Source: a virus | Reading direction: 5' to 3' (one strand) | DNA: 64,000 bases | IMG/VR virus record: IMGVR_UViG_3300032304_002264 | Span: 1 to 64,000 of that record | Shown: piece after piece, positions 9,617 to 19,600 of the stretch | Numbering within the stretch: the stretch's first letter is position 1 | Layout: each line of letters begins with the position of its first letter | Translations under genes and position numbers: made by a program | The notes under the pieces: generated by a model | The model's input: only the letters and a program-made list of their open reading frames with translations | Told to the model about the DNA's origin: nothing | The model's database searches: none

Positions 9617-10588
9617 GTGAGCGAAGAAGAATATATTGGAATTGTTGGCGAAATATTTGACGGTTACACTGATATAAATTATCAAGGAAAAACCGTCTAC
9701 ATCAAACATTTCTCCATTCGAGACCAAAGATATATTCACAGATTTTACAATAAATATAAATCAATCGCAGAATCAAAAGGCATCCCCTCGGAAGAGGAGA
9801 TGCTTAATTCTTTGCGTCTAGACGAGTTGTGGAGCGATGAAGACGACCGCAAAATCGTTAGCTTAGAGGAGGATATAGAAGGTTTGCAAGGCTCAAAGAG
9901 GTCTTCATTTCTGCCGTCTCAGAAAAAGAACATTCAAGCAACCATCGACTCAAAAAGAAAAGATTTATATTTTTTATTAAATAAAAAAGCAGAACTCGTT
10001 GGTAAAACATCTGAGCGTTACGGTTCGCAGCGGTCCAATGAAGAATTCATTCGTTATTTGATATATTCAGACCAACAATGCTCCCATCATTTCTTCACCG
10101 ATGAAGATTTCGCGGAGTTGTCAGAAGAGGATTTGGAATTCTTCGTTAAAGAGAATGATGCTATTAGTCAACGACTCAACGAATCTAATATTCAACATGT
10201 TGTGTTGCGAGACTTTTTCAATATGTATATTTCGCAAACCGAAGACGTTTCGTCGTTTTATGGCAAACCGATTATCGAGCTTTCTGTTTATCAGCTGAAG
10301 CTGGCAATCTATGCAAGAATATTTTTCAATATGTTTCAATATCACGAAGATATTCCAGAAAGAGCAAAGAAAGATCCAGAAGCCATTTTCGACTTCGTGG
10401 AAAGAAAAAAGGGCAACAACTCTAAATCTAGTTCGAACAATGAAAAAGGAGCTTCCGCCGTGTTCGGCGCTACAAAAGAAGATTTGGAAATAATTGATCC
10501 AAACGCTCGAACAGTTAATCTTTCCGACGAGATTAGCAAAAAAGGCGGCGTGATGAATATGGATGATTTGATTGAATTAATGGGGTGA
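9617..10588 (+). CDS. Probable second tail assembly chaperone
   Basis: 323 aa, GTG start, immediately upstream of the tape measure. Confidence 0.45.
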   Translation: MSEEEYIGIVGEIFDGYTDINYQGKTVYIKHFSIRDQRYIHRFYNKYKSIAESKGIPSEEEMLNSLRLDELWSDEDDRKIVSLEEDIEGLQGSKRSSFLPSQKKNIQATIDSKRKDLYFLLNKKAELVGKTSERYGSQRSNEEFIRYLIYSDQQCSHHFFTDEDFAELSEEDLEFFVKENDAISQRLNESNIQHVVLRDFFNMYISQTEDVSSFYGKPIIELSVYQLKLAIYARIFFNMFQYHEDIPERAKKDPEAIFDFVERKKGNNSKSSSNNEKGASAVFGATKEDLEIIDPNARTVNLSDEISKKGGVMNMDDLIELMG

Positions 10589-10602
10589 TGAATAAACTTT
10601 TA

Positions 10603-10628
10603 GTGTAATTCCTTTTAGGAAAAAGGAG
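10603..10628 (+). promoter_or_regulatory. GTGTAA element plus AAGGAG Shine-Dalgarno-like site for the tape measure gene
   Basis: GTGTAA at 10603-10608, 22 nt before ATG; AAGGAG just before ATG 10631. Confidence 0.55.
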
Positions 10629-10630
10629 TT

Positions 10631-13600
10631 ATGTCTCAGTCTATTCAAATACCCGTTACCCAAGTAGGTTTAGAGCAGAGCATCGCTGCGGCTATGAAGC
10701 GCGTGGGCAACTCTTCTCAAATTAATTTGGGAACTAACTCTAAGCAAATTAATGCGCTGAGCCAGCCTCTTGGTAGAATTACTGGTCAGGCTGACGAGTT
10801 TTCTAAATCCATGGCAGCGGCTAACGCCCGTGTTTTGGCGTTCGGAGCTTCTGCAAGTATTATTGCTGGCGTATCTGTAGCGATGTCGGGACTTTTATCA
10901 AGCACGATTAAAGTTGAGAAAAGTTTAGTCGAAATCAATGCTGTTTTGGGCGTAAGTGGAGATAAGCTGGATAAATTTGGTCAAGGCATCTTTAATGTAG
11001 CAAAAAATACAGGCAAATCGTTTGAAGAAGTTGCTACGGGCGCGTTAGAATTAGCTCGGCAAGGTTTAAGCGCCGAAGAGACCCTGACTAGATTGAATGA
11101 CGCTTTGATTCTTTCAAGGCTTTCGGGTTTGGATGCGGCCAAATCTGTAGAGGGTTTGACGGCAGCATTTAACTCGTTTAAATCTTCTGGAATTTCGACA
11201 GCCGAAATTCTTAATAATATTGTTGCCGTTTCTCAAAAATTCGCTGTTTCTGAAAAAGATATTATTGAAGGTCTCGGAAGATCCGCTTCAGTTGCGGATT
11301 TAGCAGGAGTTTCATTTAATGAGTTGGCGGCTATTATAACAGCTGTGCAAGAAAAAACGGCTAGAGGTGGAGCCGTTATTGGCAACAGCTTTAAGACTAT
11401 TTTTGCTAGAATACAAGATAAGGCTGTTCTTTCTGATCTGCAAGACATGGGTATTGCAGTGACGACTCTTCAAGGAGATGTGCTTCCAGCATTAAAAATA
11501 TTAGAAAATTTGGCGGCTCAGATGGATGGCTTTTCTCAAATTGAGCAAGCAGATATTTCTAAAAAACTTGGCGGTATTTATCAATTAGATAAGCTGTTGG
11601 CGGCTTTAAAGGACTTGTCATCCGAATCTTCGGTATATCGAGCGGCGTTAAAGGAAATCGAAATGGCTGGTGATTCTGCATATAAAAAGAATGCCGTTCT
11701 CAATGAAACCCTAGCGTCCTTAATTAACAAAGTTACTGTAAGCGCTGAACAGCTTGGCGCAAAACTCGGCGAGATTGGTGTGACAGATAATCTTAAAAAC
11801 CTATTAGGATTCTTCAATAGCCTTCTCGAAGGCATCCAAAAAGTTTTGGGAGAAGAAAGCGGATTAGGCAATTTGGTTCGAGGGCTTGTTAAGGGATTAG
11901 GCAACTTCTTCGCTGGTCCTGGACTCGCTTTATTCGGAGCTATCATACTCAAGCTTTCCAAAGACTTGGTTCAATTCGGATTCGCCAGCTTAAAAGCTTT
12001 CTTTGGTATTGGTCAAGCTGCGAAAGAGGTACAGAGTGTCGAAAGCGCAATTTCTCAAGTCTTGGCGAGAAACGTCGATCTCCAGCAAAAACTTTTTCAA
12101 TTGGAGGGCAACAGAGCGGGGCAATTGAAACTGATTACTGGCGCACTGGTCGAACAGGAAGCTCTTCTCCGCAGAAGCGCGAGCATTTCTTCTGGATTAG
12201 CCGCTCCTCTCTATAATGTGGGAGTCAGAGCCTCAGATTCGGGATTGAGAATAAAAAACAAAGCTGGCGGTTATATGCCAGCAGTCGCCAAAGAAAGTCA
12301 AGCAATCAACAGCGGAGTCGGTGGCGCTCGTAGGGGTGACAAGCCTGTGGTTATGCCTAATTTCAATTTTGGACAAGGCAAAAAAGGAACGGTTGTCGCG
12401 CACACGGGCGAATACGTTGTTCCTAATTTTGGCGGTGGAAAAGGCTCTGCCATTTTTAACCGCGATATGGTGCAAAAAATGGGGCTTCCTGATGGAGCGA
12501 AAAAGATTACGGCTTCTGGAGGATTAATTCCGAATTTTAAAGATGTTGAAATTACAAAAAAAGTTTCAGAATTCTCTTCCTTGGGTAGATTAGTTACTGC
12601 TAAAAAGGTAGATTCGATAGATTCGTTTACGTCCTCAATATCTCCAATCGAACAGACTTTAACAAGCGCAGAATATACTAAAAAAGCTCAAAAGCAATTA
12701 AAAGAAATTGTCCCGAAGTTCGGCAGAAACAATTTGCAAATTAATCAAGCGAAACTCGATCAAACACTAGGGTTTTTTAAAAAAGCGGGGGTTGATACCA
12801 CTTCGATTCAAACGTTTAAAAGCGCAGTCCAAAATTTGGATACCAAAAGGCCGACATCAGGACAATTTTTAAACATTCAGAATAGAATGAAGGGCATTTT
12901 GGGCGAAATCGACGCATCAGAAATGAGCGGCCAAAAATTGAATCAAGGCAATTCGTTTCTTGATTTGTCTGATGGCAGTGAAGTTAAAACGGTAAAAACT
13001 CAAAAAGCTTCTGAGATTTTAAAAAAAGGAATCAATCAGTATCTGTTGTCGAGCAATATTTATGATGGAGAAGATAATAAAACTCAACTTGGCAAGATCC
13101 CCGTATATTTACCCAAGGGAACTCCTCTTTTAAATTCGGCTTCTGGCTTCATTCCAAACTTTGCGCCAAAATTTAACGCCGAAACAGTTAGACAATACGC
13201 CAACGATATTGAAAAATACAAAAACCCAACAAAAGACTTTTATGAATTCCCAGACGGCACTGGCGGATACGGAGCCAACGTAAGACTCGTCTTGTCCAGA
13301 TCTCAGTCGAAAGCCGTTTCCAATAAACAGGAAAAAGAAAAGAAAATATCAGACAAAGGATTTTACAATCTAGATGCCGACGCACTCGGAGGAATTCTTT
13401 TAGTTTCTCCTAGATTTGGTAAATCCAAGGGATCTTTAGATACTTCGATGCCGATTGGCAAAATACCTTTCTTTAACCAAGCTAATACCCCCTCTATTGA
13501 TAAAAATAAATATATCAAACTAAAGGGAATTAAAACAGCCAATACTCCAAGCGGCAGAGATTTGCAAGCATTGCAAGGAGATATAAGCCAATTGTTTGCT

Positions 13601-16600
13601 GGTGGAATTGTTGACCTCGCTTACAAGCTGTATGGTGGGACTTTCGATCCAGCAAGCGGAGGCGAATTCGCCAGTAAGTTAAAATCATTAGATCCATCCA
13701 AAAAGCAACAATTATTGCCCGCCGCCGCGCAAGGAGACTTGTTCGAGGCTGCTGGCAAGGTAGCTCTTAATAGTTTCGCCAACCTAGAATCTTTATTTGG
13801 TTCAGCGGAACAAAGCCGACCTTTTGATTTCCAAAACGCCAGCGCATTGCAAAAAATGTTCGGTGTTAATGCCCGAAGAGGAGAAGCGAAAAGAGGAGGA
13901 GAGAAAAACTTTTCTTCATCAGACCAAGTTTCTGGAATAGTAAAAAAGGTATTTAACGATCCTGAATATTCACTCACTGCTTTAGAGTCTTTGAGGGGGC
14001 AGGGCGCATTTAATTTTTCTAAAGCACAAAAAGCTGCAAGCGAGGCTAGTGCTGCAAGCACCTCTAAAGCTGCAAGCGCGGCTAAAGCTGCAAGCGCGGC
14101 TAAAGCTGCAAGCGCGACTAATGCGGCTGGTGGTTTTATTCCTAATTTTGCAAATTACGAAGACGATAATATCCCAAGCTATGTCAGAGAAGACATGCAA
14201 AAAAGTCCGAGCTTCAAAAGAATTCAATCTTTGTATAATAAATTTCCGAACATTTCTTATTTAAGCAGGGGTGCGGAGTCTTTCGCATTCAAAAACAATG
14301 GAGAAGTTCTCAAGGTTCCCACTTTTAAATATGCTGGTAAAGATAGATTAAAAGATAAAATTGGTGGTATAAATGATATGAATTGGAGCGCGGCATCCGA
14401 TCAATTATCTTTTTTGGCTCCTAACTTGAAAATTATTCCGCCTAAAACAAGCGGCGTTGTAATTTCACAACCTTTCGCTGGGGAAACTGTGGGCAACGTT
14501 ATTAAGGATTATAAAAAAGGGGACTCCATAGGGAAAAAAGCGAGCCAAATTTTCAATTCTGCGCAAAGACTCAACCCAAGAAAACCAAATTGGTTGAAGC
14601 CGCTATCTGTAGACAATGGCTCAAGTCACAATTTCACTTTCCCAGAAAATCTTAGCCAAGCAAAAAAAGATTATTTCAATAACCCGAAAACATCTGCTGA
14701 CGAAATATTCAATAGAAACAAAATCGGGCTGATTGACCTTGGGGTTTTTAGATATTTTTCCAAACAAGCAAGAGAAGAAGAGAAAAAAATTACCCAAGGT
14801 AGTGTTAAGGCTGATGGCTTTGTGCCGAATTTTGCTGATTTTTCGAGCCTTAATTATACAAAAACTCCCGAATACGCCGAAAACCAACAACGCAGACGTA
14901 GAAAAAAAGCAAATTATAAAAATGCTTCGGGCGCTATAGGTAAGATTTTCGGAGCGATTGATAAAGCGGGTCCAACTGTTCTTTTGGACGGAGTAATAAG
15001 TGGCGCGGAAATTCAAGGGTTAAATTTAGATTATATCAAAAGTCTTATTGAAAATAATGGAGCCATCGCTCAAATGTTTTTGGGAGATAAGGGTTCAAAT
15101 TTCGTAGTTCAAGCTAAAAAGTATGGCATTACTGTTCAGCAGTCTGCAATGAAAAAACTTACGTCTTTAGCCGCCAAGGGTTTAAATAAAATGCAAGGTT
15201 TAGCTGGGGGCTATCTCCCTAACTTCGCAAATCCTCTTCAAGATGCCGTTGGTCGTGAAATGGCGGCTGGTGTCCCAGCATCTCAAATATATATAGACAA
15301 AAACTCATCGTTGAAAAACGCCATGAACCCAATGGGCTTGATGGTCGCTAATCGTCGTGATGAACCCGCTGGCGGATTCCAAGGAATCAACCGCGCCAGA
15401 AGAGAGGGGGCCAATCCAATGACTTATGGTGCTGCTGGTGGGTTTGTGCCGAATTATGTAGAGGCCAATGTGCGACCATATATCGGCCAGACGAGAACGC
15501 AAGCTTTAGATGCGGAAAAAAATGATTATAGAGCAGCGCTTAAAGAATTAGCTAAGGAATTAAGAGAGGCGAGAAAAGACTTAATGTATACTAAAAAGGG
15601 AGAGGTCCAACAAAGACTCGCTTTACAAGACCGCATAAAAAGCCTCAAAGAAAATAGCTCTACATTAAAAGCTCAATCTGAAGCAAATAGAAAAGCCATC
15701 ATACAGCAAACAAGAGGCGTTTTAGGAACAGGTAGAACGGCAACATTGCGTCAAGCGACAGTCACGAGCTCTGGATCTGGAGCTGGAGGAAATAGAGATA
15801 TGCTTGGAACTATTTTTGCAGTTCAGGGAGCATTGAGTGTTTTAACTGGAGCAACAGAGGGTGCTACCGAAGGCTTTGGTTTATTTGCTAATACACTTTC
15901 ATCGGCGGCTGGCACAGCAACAACAGCTATTTTTGCCAGCCAAGGCTTGGCGACAGCTTTACCTAAGTTTGCTGGTGTTCTAGGACCCGCTGGAATTGCA
16001 ATTGGCGGGCTAACAGCAGCATATCAAATTGGAACCACACTAGTTAATAAGTATTCAGGAATCACTTCCGCCGTTGCTGCATCAGTAGAAGCAATGGGCA
16101 AAGCGGCAGAGGGGGCGGCTATTAGTTTATCCACAGTTGGAGCGGCGAGAAAAGAAGAAATTAAAAAAAGAGCAAAAGAAATAGGAAGCAATTTAAGTTA
16201 TGGAGAAGTAACGCAAAACAAAGTAGGTGGAACATATGATAGAACGGGTAGATATACACCAGAAAGTACAATTAGTTTTCAAAAGGAAGCTCAATTCCAA
16301 GGAGAAATAGGTGGAGTATTAAATCAGGATTTGCGAAAGCAGTATTATTCAGTAATTGAAAGCGCTACCGCACAACAAGTTCCAGAAAGTACAATTAAAG
16401 GACAAATTGAAATAATAAAAAAAGATGGAATAATTCTAGCTTCTGAATTGAGAAGTTTCTCTTTAAAAATGGCAGATGCCGCGAAAGGATCTTCAAAACA
16501 AGTTAAGATTTTCTTAAACTCAATTAGAGAGAGTGCGGCTGGAGTTTCAGATAAATTAGCTGGAATGTCTGAGGAGCAGTTCGGTGCGCTTTTAGACACC

Positions 16601-19600
16601 TCTACAATTCAAGATCCCGAAAAACGCGCACAAGCGGCTGGATATGCAACGGCAGCGGAGTATAAAGATGCGAATTATAAATTTAAGGGAGCTAATTTAT
16701 CAGATAGAATTCAAACCCAATTGGAAATATCAGAAGAACAATACAATAAAGTATTTAAAGATTTAGATGATAAACAAAAGGGCGATATATTAACTAAAGC
16801 AAGAACAGAGGCCATAGCTACAAAGAGTCAAAAAGAAATAGATGAGCCTCAAAAAGAAAGAGACTTACAAGTAAATCTTGGAAGATTACAAGCTGAGATA
16901 AATTTAAATCAAAAATTAAGCGATAAGAAAAAAATAATTCTTAATGAAGAGCAAGCGCAAAAAGAAAAAATAGCGGAAATTGAAAATAATATATCTCTAT
17001 CTGAGAATGCAAAATTAAAAGAGATAGCAAAAATTAATAAGGAATATGGAAAATCCATCGCTTTATTAAATGAACAAGAGCAACAAGCAAAAAATATAGG
17101 AGACGCGCTCATTAGTGGACTAACTGGAGTAGCGGGAATTTCTGGAGATCAAATTCCTGGGTTTGCAGATAAAATTAAATTAAAAGTATTACCTAAATTT
17201 GATGGTAAAGATATTAATCTTTATCAAGACCAATTACGAAATTTACTAATCGACCCAGCATTAGAATTACCGTCAGAAGCCGTCAAGCCATTGATTGAAG
17301 CGTTGTCCAAAGCAGTAGTGCTTAATAAAGAATCTTCAGATGAAAAAGAAAAACAAATAGCCATATTAGAAAAAGAATATGGCATTCAAATAAAATCAAT
17401 TGACGCATCATCAGATAAGCTATCTTTAGAAAAACAAATCAGTGCGCAAATCGAGGCTCGCAACTCTGAGTCATCTTTCAAAATTGAAAATAGAGTATTA
17501 AATAATGCTTACGAAACTTTATCAGTTAACAAAGAAATTGAACAAATTAAAAGACAAACATCTCTTAATGAATTGCAAAAAGCTGAAGAAGTCTACAAAT
17601 TAGAACTAAAGAGAAAAGATTTGGAGTCCACTGGAATAGGAATTGGTTTAGAGCAAAAAATATTAGATATAGATCAAGATCTAATTAGTAAAGCTAGATC
17701 AGCAATTAAAGATTCTGGGATGATAGCTTCTGGTGGATTACGTTCAGATTTAACGCTCGAACAACTTCAAAAAATAGCTGGTGCAGATCCTGGCGTTTCA
17801 GAAGAAATTAAATTTGCTATAGAAAACGCCAAAAGACAAAGAGAATTAGCTCAAAAAGCAGCGCAAAATCAACAAGCTGGTCTTGGCGATGTAACAAGAG
17901 AAGGTGTTTTAGATAAAGTTGATAGAGGATTTTTTGGTGGAATCAATGACAGCGTGATAGCTCTTGAAAATCAAATTAATACATTCGCATTCGACATTGG
18001 AGAAAAAATACCTCAAATGTTCTCAGACAACATGTCTAGCGCCATCAATAAAATGATTGAGGGCGGCGAAAGTTTCAGCAGTGTATTACGCGGAGCGGCC
18101 TACGAATTTGTCAAAGGCATAAATCAAGCAAATATAAAAAACCTATCTGATCAGTTTTCCAAATCATTATTTAGTGGCGGGGCGGGTCAAACTAATAGTG
18201 GTGGTGGAGGATTAGCGCAAGGTATTGGAAGCTTTTTCTCCAACATGTTTATGGCCTCTGGCGGCATGGTCAACGGAGGCTCTGGATCAAAAGATGATGT
18301 TCCAGCGATGCTTATGGGCGGCGAATATGTTGTTAATAAGAAAGCTGTCTCCAAATATGGAGCGCAGTTCTTAGAGTCTGTAAACAATGGAACTTTAACT
18401 GGATACGCTCAAGGTGGATCGGTGCAAAGAGGTCCTCAAGGCAACTTCTATACCCCAGGAACTTTTGGTCAAGGAGCTATCGAAGGCAAGAGAAACCTTT
18501 TGGACTTCGCTACTCAAACTGGCACAACTGGTCAATTCGATAAAATAGTCAATCAATCTGGTTATCAAGCTATTGATTTAGAGCCAGAAAGCTCAAGGCT
18601 TTCGGTTTCTGGAATGAGAAACTCTCCGCAGTTTGAAGCGACTCAAGCGGCGAAAGAACAAGCTTTCGATCTTTATTTACAGCAATACAACGCTGAACTT
18701 GAGGCGAAAAAAGCAGAAAAAGAACAAAAGAAAGCCTTCAGAAAACAATTGATGATGTTAGCAATTTCCGCAGTGGCAGCTCCAGTTCTTGGTGCGGCGG
18801 GAGTTGGCTTTGGAGAAGCGTTTAAGGGTGCTGCTGGCCAAGGACTAATCTCTCAACTTGGAGCTGGAGCCAAAGGCATTTTCACTGGTTTCAATGGAGT
18901 GGGGGGATTAGGAAATCTTTTCAGCAGTGTCGGAAAAGCGTTTACGGGCGACTTTGCTGGCGCAAGCCAGCAATTCAAATACTCGCAGGGTATTATACCG
19001 AAGGCTATTCCAAAGGCCGAGCCAGTTTCTGGAATTAGCAGAGGAATTTCTGCTGGTTCAGTGAGATCTGGAGGAGAAGCTGCGCGAATAGGAGATATAG
19101 ACCCATTGGAATTCGATCTTCCATCGAGCGACACTTCTCTAAGCCCATTAGCCGCAAAAGAGTTTCAAAAAAGACAACAAGCCTATTCAGTATTGACCAA
19201 TATAGACGGGTATTCTCCACAGGCGGCGAAATACGTCATTCAAAATAGTTCGGGTGAATATTTATCAAAAGTGATAGCAAGAGGCGAATTTCTTAAAATG
19301 CGAGCCTCCTCTAGTTCTGTAATTTTTGAAACACAAGAACCCAAAAAGAATGCGACGGGCGGAATGATCCCATCAACTTCTGGCATCGACACTGTTCCAG
19401 CAATGCTTTCTGGCGGCGAGTTCGTTATGAACCGCTCCGCAGTTCAGGGAATCGGATCGCAAAATCTTCAATCCATGAATTCTGGTGGGACTTCTATCAC
19501 TTCAGAAGAGACGAGCAAAAAACTCAACGAACAGCTCTTAGCTAAACTAGATGAGCTTATCAGCGCATCTGGATCAACTGGCGATATCACTATCAACGTT

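Noticed and set aside
14030-14119. Possible CRISPR-like array
   Set aside because: Tandem in-frame 18-mers with no spacers.
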